Positions 20,100-28,784 of a stretch of 57,109 nucleotides of DNA are shown here, piece after piece. The notes below the pieces were generated by a model that saw only the letters and a program-made list of their open reading frames with translations, was not told the DNA's origin and ran no database searches. The position numbers and the translations under genes are program-made. Source of the stretch: a virus (Duplodnaviria; Caudoviricetes). How positions within the stretch are numbered: position 1 is the stretch's first letter; every line of letters starts with the position of its first letter. Location: positions 1-57,109 of the IMG/VR virus record IMGVR_UViG_3300050343_000003. One strand, given 5' to 3'.

Positions 20100-20542
20100 C
20101 AGTCCATCCTCACTATGTGGTGACCACCTGACTTCTTAGTCTAGCAGTGCAACGTCTATTACCTAAAGCATAAGGGTAGATGTACCCAACGCCATCATCT
20201 AGTATTGATTAGAAAGTATGGCTCAGAGGTCATCATCATCCTTCAGATACAAACTTACCATCGAGTGATATCTTAGCATTCTTTGCATAGGCCAATGGGT
20301 CACCTGACCTGCTGAGCATAAGGGTAGATGTGCCATCTAGTACTTAGAAAGTAGCTTAATCAGAAATCCTCAAGTGATTTTAGTGTCTGATAGTACTGTT
20401 TAGAAATCCTTTTGTAGTTTGTCTTATCTTTGTTGTTCCACTCAATGAACCACATTATTAGTAGTCCATTACCCTCGATCAGTTGGTTCCACTCATCGTT
20501 TGTGAAGTCGAGTGCATTGTTTTTTGTTACACTATTCCGCAT
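20099..20542 (-). pseudogene. Hypothetical gene with scrambled 3' half
   Basis: 60-aa ORF followed by an imperfectly duplicated block (17-bp AGCATAAGGGTAGATGT at 20167 and 20315) and a terminal HHIVRMD* coupled to the next ATG. Confidence 0.5.
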
Positions 20543-20544
20543 TG

Positions 20545-20979
20545 TTATACCCTCTCTACTTTAATAGGTTGATCTCTTATCTCTTCCCTTTTCTTAAAGA
20601 ACTTCTTAGCTAAGTTGTCATCACATACAAACTCAGCACCGTCACGTAGTCTCTGTAGTATCCAAGGCTTCTTCCTTGCCCTAGACTTATAGCCAATGAT
20701 GCTCATGTCCTCACCTTGTAGCTTGGCAATGGCAGTTGTGTCGATGCCATGCAAGTCAGCGTAATATTCTAGGTCAATCTGTTCCCTAGTCTTAGCACCC
20801 TTGAGTATGCACTTGACTTTGAATGTAGCCTCACCGCCTGTGTATGAGCAGTTGCCTACATCTATAGTTATGTCACCATTAATGTTTTCTGTATCCACTG
20901 CCCCGTCAAGGGCAGATTGTAGTTGCTTACGTAATTCAGTTAGTTGTGATCTGGTATATCTTTTATTAAAAGTTGTCAT
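20545..20979 (-). CDS. Hypothetical early protein
   Basis: 144 aa, AAGGAGG RBS. Confidence 0.7.
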   Translation of the reverse strand: MTTFNKRYTRSQLTELRKQLQSALDGAVDTENINGDITIDVGNCSYTGGEATFKVKCILKGAKTREQIDLEYYADLHGIDTTAIAKLQGEDMSIIGYKSRARKKPWILQRLRDGAEFVCDDNLAKKFFKKREEIRDQPIKVERV

Positions 20980-20990
20980 GGTATGCCTCC

Positions 20991-21218
20991 TTACCCTGCT
21001 ACGTGGTGAAACTTACGAGCAGTAGTCTTATTGGTTGACTGCTCCGTGTAGATTGTAGTCTTGCCAAAGTGATAGGCATTCATGCAATCACCCTTGGTAA
21101 ACTTGATACCGTTGGACTGTAGCTTTCGCTGTCTAATGATACCCTTCTTACCAAAGAAGTTGAAACGGAAACCTTTTGTACCGTCATTGAGTGGTTTAGT
21201 TGCTAGTATTACAAACAT
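20991..21218 (-). CDS. Hypothetical basic early protein
   Basis: 75 aa, AAGGAG RBS. Confidence 0.7.
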   Translation of the reverse strand: MFVILATKPLNDGTKGFRFNFFGKKGIIRQRKLQSNGIKFTKGDCMNAYHFGKTTIYTEQSTNKTTARKFHHVAG

Positions 21219-21986
21219 ATTATATCTCCTTCTGTTTGTGTATGGTTAAGTGTTATCGTTGAATTGTTAGCATTGAACACTGCTTGAGCAAAGCCACGAG
21301 GCGTTGCACTACGTATGTTCTTAGTCTTCATAGACTTACCACCAAGCTTGAGGTGTTGTCTACTGTGGCCTGTCTCTGGTTCTACTGGTGCATATGGTAG
21401 GCATAACAAAGTCACCGCCAGTCCATAGACAAGTTTTCTTAGGGTATGCATCCATAGGCGCAATGTAGTCAGGCCACTTGGGATGCTCCGCTTGTTCGGG
21501 GTCAATGTATCCACCATACTGATAAGGGTGAAAACTATAGTTAGGTTTGCGCCATAGAGTTGATAGCACACTAACAGGGTTTTCTATAAAGTATGGGCAG
21601 TCGAGTGCTTGGAATAATTCAGCACACCATATAGCATAGTTAGCCGCCTTGCGTTGGAACAATGGGTCACGTTCACGCTTACGCTTGAAGTGTGCCGCAC
21701 CTGATACTGCCATGTCAGTGCATACAGGGAATGCCATAGCAAATGTGACTTGCTTACCATCAAAGGCATCATAGATTGCGTCAAGGTTACCGATGTTGTG
21801 CAAGTCAGACTTGTGATAGCGAATAGAGCCACCACCATCAAAGCGATCTACCCAACCTGCTTCATCGTGTTGAATATCAAATGCATGGCAAGTATACCCT
21901 GCCTCTGCCCAAGGCTTGAGTGCTTCGCCTGTATAGTCATACAGACTGATTACGATTTTATCTGTCATGTATTGTCTCCAACTCAT
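21209..21986 (-). CDS. DNA cytosine (C5) methyltransferase-like protein, frameshift near 21390
   Basis: ISLYDYTG, FPVCTD (PC-like motif), IENPVS, YPKKTCLW; C-terminal RSATPRGFAQAVF lies in a second frame. Confidence 0.7.
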
Positions 21987-22200
21987 CCTTAACTCTTAGA
22001 CTTGCGCTGTCTAATAGGTTATACACATAGTCATAATGCTTATTAAAAACATCTTGAATTTCAGGTTTATATCTTATGTTGCCGTTTTCATCCTTAAATG
22101 TAAACGAGTCGGGATATAATCTGATTTCATGTTCATAATGTTTTTTTACTATATAGTCAGCAAGCTCTGAAGCTATTTCTATTAAGTTTGGGTTTGTCAT
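21958..22200 (-). CDS. Hypothetical protein, AT-rich
   Basis: MTNPNLIE... start at 22200 with AGGAGG RBS. Confidence 0.65.
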   Translation of the reverse strand: MTNPNLIEIASELADYIVKKHYEHEIRLYPDSFTFKDENGNIRYKPEIQDVFNKHYDYVYNLLDSASLRVKDELETIHDR

Positions 22201-22201
22201 A

Positions 22202-22938
22202 TTATACCTCCTGAACAAATCCGCTTGTGTCTCTCTTCGCATCACCCTTAGCATAGAGTGCAACAATGTGTCCACCCCTTGGGTCAAGAAATCTTAGATC
22301 GTCTTGATCACCATCAATTACAGGGTATCCCTTCCAAGTATGCCAAGCTTTAGGTTTGACTTGGATGAAGTTAGATCTAAACACGACTGCCGCATTCATA
22401 CCTTGCTCTAATGCTTTGTCGAGTAGCTTGGCATAGTCTGCATTTGCGTTGGAGTAACTCCATGTCAAGTGATAGTTGGGTATGTCCTTACACTTACGAT
22501 TAGCAATCTTAGTGTAGTCATAGAATTGCACATTAGGGAATATCTCGAATATGTTTTTACCGTCAATCTTGATTAACTCCCAACGTATGTCGGTAGTGCC
22601 GTTCAGTCTCACACAAGGTTGAATGCCACGCTTCATGCAATAGATTTAAAACCTATCTATGTCGTCAATCAGTTGTTCCATGAATGCTTGTCTATCCTTG
22701 TAAAACCATTGAGCCTTGCGTTGTCTAGCTGATTGAACATTGCTAAACTTGCCACGTCCTGCTGTATATAGACACGCATCAATACAGCTTGCTTGTTCAG
22801 CCATAGAGCATGATTGAATGACTTACCATCCACCATCACTTTATAAGGTGTCATATATAAGATAGCGGTTAGATATTCGCTACCATCACCCTTGATTGTT
22901 TTGGCGTTGGTGCCAACACCTAATAATTTATAACTCAT
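22202..22938 (-). CDS. Gp88-like Cys-rich protein, interrupted by a frameshift near 22811 and an in-frame TAA at 22646-22648
   Basis: Reconstructed CSMAEQASCIDACLYTAGRG...VRLNGTTDI...FYDYTK...NYHLTWSYS...DGD.DDLRFLD. Confidence 0.65.
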
Positions 22939-22939
22939 A

Positions 22940-23239
22940 TTATATATCCTTTCCAAAAAGTTTTTCAGCTTCAAATATTGAAAACCATTTATGTGAACCG
23001 TTGTCATAATGGTGCATCGTTCGAGTTGTCGAAAGGCTTTTTACTAAGTCAATAGAACAAGCTTCAATCTCAAAAGACTTAATTGCTTTTACAATTATAT
23101 CATTTTCTTCTAACTCAAATGATCCTGCAATGTCTCTAGACGGATCATAAAAAGTTATTTTTTCTTTTTCAATAATCATTAATATTTTTTGTGGGAAGTT
23201 ATATATTCTCCCCGTTTCAAAAGAATGTTTAATACTCAT
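22940..23239 (-). CDS. First early gene, hypothetical, AT-rich
   Basis: 99 aa, AAGGA RBS, borders the divergent non-coding region. Confidence 0.65.
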   Translation of the reverse strand: MSIKHSFETGRIYNFPQKILMIIEKEKITFYDPSRDIAGSFELEENDIIVKAIKSFEIEACSIDLVKSLSTTRTMHHYDNGSHKWFSIFEAEKLFGKDI

Positions 23240-23739
23240 TTGGTATCCTTTCCTAAGATAAAACCACCAATAAGCACCAATAAAAACCAGTGCTTATAAA
23301 TAGTATATCTTATCACGCTTTGCGTCTGCTACGTGCTACCCTTTTAAAATCGTTACTTTATTATTGAACATCTGAATTATAAAGACTGTTACTATATGTA
23401 ACCACGTTATTTCATTTCGACATTATCAAAACTATATTCAGCTATATTCTAAAAGCTTCAACTTATATTCGGTAGTCATCCCTGTTGCAAAAAGGACACA
23501 CTTGTTGAGATGTTGCAGAATTACAACACTTTTTTGTAGTCTATTGACGATATATCAGTTAGTTTATGCAGTAAAAACAGTTACTTAATAGCTAAACACC
23601 TTGCAAATATAGCAAAAAGGCTTTCAAAATGCCCACCCTGCGAGGGCCACCCCCCGTTACCCAGTACGTATATATACACAAACACACAGAAGTGCTTTTT
23701 TAAAGGGTGACAAACTGTCGCAGGTATACAAAAACCCTC

Positions 23740-23768
23740 TTGACACAGCCTTATTTCCGGGTATAACT
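23740..23768 (+). promoter_or_regulatory. Promoter-like motif TTGACA-N16-TATAACT
   Basis: TTGACA 23740-45, TATAACT 23762-68, head of structural arm. Confidence 0.75.
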
Positions 23769-23876
23769 GCGGAGCAGGAGCAGGTAGTTAAACTTTTAGT
23801 GTTTTAACATAATAAATAGTAAATATATATAAATAGTTTAACTATATAAAAGATGTTGGACATAGGAAAGTTTAAC

Positions 23877-23905
23877 TTGACAGTTATACTAACCTCCTGT
23901 ATACT
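23877..23905 (+). promoter_or_regulatory. Sigma70-type promoter TTGACA-N17-TATACT
   Basis: Near-consensus hexamers with 17-bp spacer in AT-rich non-coding DNA. Confidence 0.7.
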
Positions 23906-24043
23906 AAATCTAGTAACACATTAATAATTATAACCAATAACTTGTGTTATACTAGGTATGTATCATATGCTGGGTGTCTTTCTTCCTCACATCCTCCTCC
24001 TCAACACGTAGTTTATGGTACATACCGCCTTTTAGGTAACAAT

Positions 24044-24304
24044 ATGTATAAGAATAAAGTCAGTATGTACTCTTCTGAAGACGTAATAGAAGAGTTCTAC
24101 GATGCCATAGCAGACGGAGACAGTAAAAGACTACGGAGAGTACACATTCCTAAGTCAGATGTGTTCTATGTGCGTGAAGCACTGCGGTCTAAGCTAGGAA
24201 AAAGCTTTACTCTAGACCACGTAGAGAGAGCTATGTACTTAGAGGGCCACTTAAAGCGACATGAAGTGTTAGACCCGGGTAGAAAAAGACCTGGGGTAGG
24301 ATAA
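24044..24304 (+). CDS. Hypothetical protein
   Basis: MYKNKV start; first gene of plus arm. Confidence 0.65.
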   Translation: MYKNKVSMYSSEDVIEEFYDAIADGDSKRLRRVHIPKSDVFYVREALRSKLGKSFTLDHVERAMYLEGHLKRHEVLDPGRKRPGVG

Positions 24305-24307
24305 TAA

Positions 24308-24544
24308 GTGTTGACATTAAGATCTGTATCCATACAACTATGTACATTAGGAATATTAACGGCTTGTCAAACAATAAACTATACTGCATCGTGTCGAGTG
24401 GGGGATGTTGTATGTCAGAGAAACCAAAATGCAAGAACACTCGCACTTATCGGACATACGGACGCTGCTACGGAGCTTATGTGTAGCGATACTGCTATTA
24501 CTGAGTTACAATCTGGGGTATGCACAGGAACAAGTACCCCTTGA
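24308..24544 (+). CDS. Putative lipoprotein
   Basis: Hydrophobic N-terminus ending LTAC (lipobox); additional cysteines. Confidence 0.5.
   Translation: MLTLRSVSIQLCTLGILTACQTINYTASCRVGDVVCQRNQNARTLALIGHTDAATELMCSDTAITELQSGVCTGTSTP
24311..24339 (+). promoter_or_regulatory. Promoter-like motif TTGACA-N16-TACAACT
   Basis: Same spacing as 13029, 23740 and 37283 copies. Confidence 0.55.
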
Positions 24545-25235
24545 TGACGGCATAACTAACAATAACACTACTACGACAGACAACGGCAACGACATAGAAG
24601 GTGACTTCTCTAATAACTACGAAGACTCAACTGTAGATTCTAACAATCAGAGTCAAGTCACAAACTACAACGGAGCAGGATCTTCACCAGGCAGCAGCCC
24701 TGTAATGTCCAGCATAGCTCCGACAGTAATGGGTGGGGGAGGTAACGACTCTTGCTTGATTCCTACGACAAAGGGGTTACAATTAAACATAATTGGCCTA
24801 AGCTCTGGGGATATGATGCAAGACCCTAATTGTAATCGCAGGAAGAATGCTAGATTACTGGGGTTGCCTCAACAGGTTGGAGGGCTAGGATTACAGGTGT
24901 CTGCCATCTCAGTGATGTGCCAAGATGCCACAGTGTTTAGGAGTATGATGTTAGCAAATACTCCATGTCCAATAAATGACACACGTACTGGTAAGTTATT
25001 GATGGGCAAAAGGGCGATAGATAAGTACAGGCAAAACCCTGCCATGTTTGTAGTAGGGTATTCAGAGGATAAAGAATTTTGGGATGCTCTATTACGAGTT
25101 GGAGAGGAATACGAAGATGAAGAGATCGTTTTGGAAGATACTACTCCTAAGTTATCCATTAGTGATAGGTTCAGGAGCAGCAAACGCAGACGTGACGGAC
25201 CCAGCGCTAACAATGACGGGTCAGGAAAAGATTGA
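24429..25235 (+). CDS. Secreted Cys-rich hypothetical protein
   Basis: Signal peptide ending GYA-QE; Asn/Thr-rich linker; SC...NC.RRK...MCQD...TPCP. Confidence 0.7.
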   Translation: MQEHSHLSDIRTLLRSLCVAILLLLSYNLGYAQEQVPLDDGITNNNTTTTDNGNDIEGDFSNNYEDSTVDSNNQSQVTNYNGAGSSPGSSPVMSSIAPTVMGGGGNDSCLIPTTKGLQLNIIGLSSGDMMQDPNCNRRKNARLLGLPQQVGGLGLQVSAISVMCQDATVFRSMMLANTPCPINDTRTGKLLMGKRAIDKYRQNPAMFVVGYSEDKEFWDALLRVGEEYEDEEIVLEDTTPKLSISDRFRSSKRRRDGPSANNDGSGKD

Positions 25236-25959
25236 TGCATTAATAACTTCTCTAGGTGCTATCAAGAATAGGGTAACAGACGCAGGTACAATGACAGTAG
25301 GTGCTGTAGGATATGCAGCACTAGGAGGTACTATAGTAGATGACGCATTTGATGATGGTATTATTACCCAAACAGAGTTAGATGACTACCTAGCTGCACA
25401 CGCTCTTGTAATAGGACACGACTACGAGACAGCTACTACAGCACAGCAGTTGTTCACACAAGAATACCAAGCTTCTATGAATGACTTGGATGCGGCAATA
25501 GACTTACTAGCAGATGCTTCTGCAGAGATACTAACAGCTACTGGTATTATGGAGACTGCTGCAACAGCAGACACATCACCAGAGCAGACTGCATTGCAAG
25601 GCATGATGGGTACAGATGAGTATAGCATAGACCAAGCAGAAGTAGATGCGTACAACCAAGCTGTAGCACAAGTAGAAAGCTACGCACAACAAGCTGGTGC
25701 TTTCATGGCTGCAGCTAATAATACAGAACTAACAGCAAGCATAGACAGCTACGCTACACAGAATAACTTTGTAGTTGGTAACTATACAGCCATCACATAC
25801 ACACAGAATGTAGATGAATTTGTAATTAACTGGGATGATGATGGCTTCGGCTCTGGTTGGCAAGGCTACCTATCAGAAGATATGGTGTCTGCCTCCGAGC
25901 TATTCTCTGCTGGCACATATATAGAAACGTATGGATCTATGCCACAGCCTGTAAATTAA
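25117..25959 (+). CDS. Secreted acidic hypothetical protein
   Basis: MKRSFWKILLL...ANA-D signal peptide; GGAGAGG RBS inside upstream gene. Confidence 0.7.
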   Translation: MKRSFWKILLLSYPLVIGSGAANADVTDPALTMTGQEKIDALITSLGAIKNRVTDAGTMTVGAVGYAALGGTIVDDAFDDGIITQTELDDYLAAHALVIGHDYETATTAQQLFTQEYQASMNDLDAAIDLLADASAEILTATGIMETAATADTSPEQTALQGMMGTDEYSIDQAEVDAYNQAVAQVESYAQQAGAFMAAANNTELTASIDSYATQNNFVVGNYTAITYTQNVDEFVINWDDDGFGSGWQGYLSEDMVSASELFSAGTYIETYGSMPQPVN

Positions 25960-26603
25960 TGGCTATGGAGTTTAGCATAGGAGGCTTTAATGTCAAAGGC
26001 TGGATGGTTGCGGTGGCTCTGCCAGTTCTCTCTACAGTTTCTGGTGGTGTATACTTTGGTTATGATACTCTCAACAGGTTTTACGGTGTAGAGGGTGGCG
26101 TTGGTGAAGCACTAGGTAATACCAGCGCAAACGCAAAGCAAATTGCAGAGCTACAAAAAAGCTTAACTAAGTTAAATAACGACACAGCAAGAGAACGAAC
26201 AGCTAATAAAACATTTGCGTCAAATCAATTAACAACAGCAAGTCAAGCAATAAGAAAAGAATTACAAGAAGTCGAAACAAACCTAAGTGATGATAGTGTT
26301 GCAAAAATGCAACAGTTAACTCAGAAGCTAAACGAACTAGAATCTACAGCAACAAGTAGAATACAAACAGTAGAGCAAGCTATAGTAGATAATGATGTCA
26401 GAGGATTAAACTCTAAGCTTGCACAACTAGCTACAAACATGCAGCAGATACTAGAGCAACAGAAAGTTTTACTTGACTTACGCTCTCAAGTAGATAAAGC
26501 TACTACTATTACAGATGGCATAGGTGACAAGCTAGATGTTATTCAAACGGAGATAGATGACATCTGGAAAGCTTATGATGAAATGTCAAGTAACCCACTA
26601 TAG
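25959..26603 (+). CDS. Membrane-anchored coiled-coil protein
   Basis: N-terminal TM segment then long heptad-like Q/L/E-rich region; TAATG-coupled. Confidence 0.7.
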   Translation: MAMEFSIGGFNVKGWMVAVALPVLSTVSGGVYFGYDTLNRFYGVEGGVGEALGNTSANAKQIAELQKSLTKLNNDTARERTANKTFASNQLTTASQAIRKELQEVETNLSDDSVAKMQQLTQKLNELESTATSRIQTVEQAIVDNDVRGLNSKLAQLATNMQQILEQQKVLLDLRSQVDKATTITDGIGDKLDVIQTEIDDIWKAYDEMSSNPL

Positions 26604-26612
26604 AGGATAGAC

Positions 26613-26882
26613 ATGGCTACTCCACGTAAAGGCAAGATGTTTGCCAAGACAACGACTAACCCTAAGACAGGGCGTAAGGTAAAGGTAAGCTACGGTCAGG
26701 CAGGTAAAGCCAAGGACGGTGGTAAACGTATACGTCCAGGAACAGGTAAAGGTGATTCTTATTGTGCAAGAAGTGCTGGGCAGATGAAGAAACATCCAAA
26801 GGCAGCAGCTAATCCAAACAGCCCACTACGTCTTTCTCGTAAGAAGTGGAAGTGTGCTGGTACAAAATCTAAGAGGACATAA
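26613..26882 (+). CDS. Small basic protein (DUF6321-like)
   Basis: SYGQAG...SYCARS...KKWKC. Confidence 0.65.
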   Translation: MATPRKGKMFAKTTTNPKTGRKVKVSYGQAGKAKDGGKRIRPGTGKGDSYCARSAGQMKKHPKAAANPNSPLRLSRKKWKCAGTKSKRT

Positions 26883-27052
26883 TGGCAAAAGCTCAAAAGC
26901 ATTACTTCAAAGATGGCACTGAACATAAAGGTGGTACACACAAGATGCCAAATGGACAGTTGCATTCTGGTGCAACACATGGTAAGAATAGCAAACAAGT
27001 TGTTCACTTTAAAGACCTGAGTGCAACAGCAAAGAAGAAAGCTAAGAAGTAA
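26882..27052 (+). CDS. 56-aa basic His-rich protein (not in ORF track)
   Basis: MAKAQKHYFKDGTEHKGGTHKMPNGQLHSG...; TAATG-coupled on both sides. Confidence 0.7.
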   Translation: MAKAQKHYFKDGTEHKGGTHKMPNGQLHSGATHGKNSKQVVHFKDLSATAKKKAKK

Positions 27053-27234
27053 TGGCGAACAAACCTAAGAACGCAGCTTTGTATTCTAGAGTAAAGACAG
27101 AAGCTAAGAAGAAGTTTAAGTGGCCCAGCGCATATGGAAGTGCTTGGTTAGTTAAGACCTACAAAAAGCGTGGGGGTACTTACAGTAAGGGAGGATCAGT
27201 TGCACAAGTCAAAACACGTACTACAAAGTCGTAG
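27052..27234 (+). CDS. Small basic protein (DUF5872-like N-part)
   Basis: PKNAALY...WPSAYGSAWLVKTYKKRGGTY. Confidence 0.6.
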   Translation: MANKPKNAALYSRVKTEAKKKFKWPSAYGSAWLVKTYKKRGGTYSKGGSVAQVKTRTTKS

Positions 27235-27460
27235 AAGTTTTGCTGAAGGTGGACTAACTCAATGGTTCAAGGAAGACTGGCGTGACGTAAAGACAGGTAA
27301 GGAGTGTGGAAGAAAAAGTGTTAAGGACAGCAGTAGACCATACCCAGCTTGTAGACCAGCAAAGGTAGCAGGTAGAATAAGTAAAGCAGAAGCATCAAAG
27401 AAAACAGGGCCAAAGAAAGTTAAATGGTCAGTAACAGCATCAGGTAAGAAAAGAAAATGA
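27170..27460 (+). CDS. Small basic protein (DUF5872-like C-part)
   Basis: GGLTQWFKEDW.DVKTGKECGR...YPACRP; start uncertain. Confidence 0.6.
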   Translation: MGVLTVREDQLHKSKHVLQSRRSFAEGGLTQWFKEDWRDVKTGKECGRKSVKDSSRPYPACRPAKVAGRISKAEASKKTGPKKVKWSVTASGKKRK

Positions 27461-27663
27461 CTGTATACTTTTTAGTAGATGATAATAACTTAGTAGCTAA
27501 TATGGCTATGTATCCTGATGGCATGGTTCCTTCTGAAATAGCTTCTAATTGGTTATCTACAGAAGAAACAGACATTGGCGGTAAAGTATATAATAGTTCA
27601 GATAAAACATTCTCTGCACCAACAGGAGATTTAATAGGGATTGAACCCACAAATCAATTATAA
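27457..27663 (+). CDS. Hypothetical protein
   Basis: 68 aa, ATGA-coupled, AT-rich. Confidence 0.55.
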   Translation: MTVYFLVDDNNLVANMAMYPDGMVPSEIASNWLSTEETDIGGKVYNSSDKTFSAPTGDLIGIEPTNQL

Positions 27664-27677
27664 CAAAGGAAGAGACA

Positions 27678-27884
27678 ATGAAGAAGATGAATGACGGTAT
27701 GAAAGCACTAAAGAAAGAAGCACCAGCCGTAGCCAAGAAGATGGGTTACATGTATGGTGGCATGGCTAAGAAAAAGATGGGCATGATGAATGGTGGTATG
27801 ACTAAGAAGATGGGCTATGCTAAAGGTGCAATGATGTGTGGAGCATCTAACCCTGCTGAACGTCCAATGAAAAAGGGTAAGTAA
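27678..27884 (+). CDS. Met/Lys/Gly-rich small protein
   Basis: Three KKMG-x-x-x-G-[GA]-M repeats. Confidence 0.65.
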   Translation: MKKMNDGMKALKKEAPAVAKKMGYMYGGMAKKKMGMMNGGMTKKMGYAKGAMMCGASNPAERPMKKGK

Positions 27885-28183
27885 TGAAGTACTACGAAAA
27901 GTATAAAGATGCTTTAGAGAAGTATGGCTATACTGTTGATGCTGAAGGTTCTGTACGAGATGGTATGGGTAACCAAGCAGCAGCAGAGGATCGCTTTGGT
28001 AACGTACACTGTAGTGATCCTAATGTAATAGACATTTGTAAAGAAGCATCTGTAGAAAACACACCACCTAAAAGAGCTAGGAATGAGAAAGGACATCTAA
28101 TGGCAGATGATCCTTCTACTCCAGAGAATGAAGCTTGGGAAGGTGGCGTAGCTCCTAAGAAGAAGAAAGCAAAAAAGTCATAG
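27884..28183 (+). CDS. Hypothetical protein
   Basis: RARNEKG...DDPSTPENEAW motif; basic tail. Confidence 0.65.
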   Translation: MKYYEKYKDALEKYGYTVDAEGSVRDGMGNQAAAEDRFGNVHCSDPNVIDICKEASVENTPPKRARNEKGHLMADDPSTPENEAWEGGVAPKKKKAKKS

Positions 28184-28259
28184 CGGCTATTCCAACTTAG
28201 CACTACTACAACTTTAACATTTATGTATAACTACCCTTGTACAAACAAGGAGAAAGTAC

Positions 28260-28421
28260 ATGAAACAATTACTAAAAAAAATGTGGGATAACCACGTAAT
28301 CAGACAACAAAAACGTGCAGACTTTAGAATGCTACACATGTTGGATGATAGACAACTAAATGATCTAGGCATAGGCAGATCACAAATAAGGAACGCAATT
28401 TATGGCAAGGACGTTAACTGA
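28260..28421 (+). CDS. DUF1127 family small protein (not in ORF track)
   Basis: 53 aa with LHMLDDRQLNDLGIGRSQI; AAGGAG RBS. Confidence 0.8.
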   Translation: MKQLLKKMWDNHVIRQQKRADFRMLHMLDDRQLNDLGIGRSQIRNAIYGKDVN

Positions 28422-28770
28422 AAGACAACAAAGGTTCTTGGATGTATTATTTGATGATGCTGGAGGTGACGTTGTAGCTGCTAAGAAGTTAGCTGGCTAT
28501 GGTGACAACTCCAGTACAACTTCTATAGTGGAGGCACTTAAAGATGAAATCGCTGAAAAAACTAGGACTTACTTTGCTAGGACTGCCCCGAAAGCTGCTT
28601 TCGCGCTTATGGGCGCTTTGCAAGATCCCACTCAGTTGGGTATCAAAGAAAAAATGATTGCTGCCAAGGATGTGCTTGACAGAGCAGGTCTTGGTAAAGT
28701 AGACAAAGTAGATGTCACTAGTGGTGGTGGCATTTTTTATTTACCACCTAAAGAAGGTACAAACGAATAA
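28402..28770 (+). CDS. terS: Putative terminase small subunit
   Basis: LTERQQRFL...AKKLAGY HTH; AAKDVLDRAG; upstream of TerL. Confidence 0.7.
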   Translation: MARTLTERQQRFLDVLFDDAGGDVVAAKKLAGYGDNSSTTSIVEALKDEIAEKTRTYFARTAPKAAFALMGALQDPTQLGIKEKMIAAKDVLDRAGLGKVDKVDVTSGGGIFYLPPKEGTNE

Positions 28771-28784
28771 TACCTCAAAGAGAA

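Noticed and set aside
22646-22648. In-frame TAA as stop-codon reassignment
   Set aside because: TAA terminates many genes normally and this is a single case in an error-rich region
28195-28232. Fifth copy of the promoter motif before the DUF1127 gene
   Set aside because: TATAACT is present at 28226-28232 but there is no TTGACA at the 16-nt spacing
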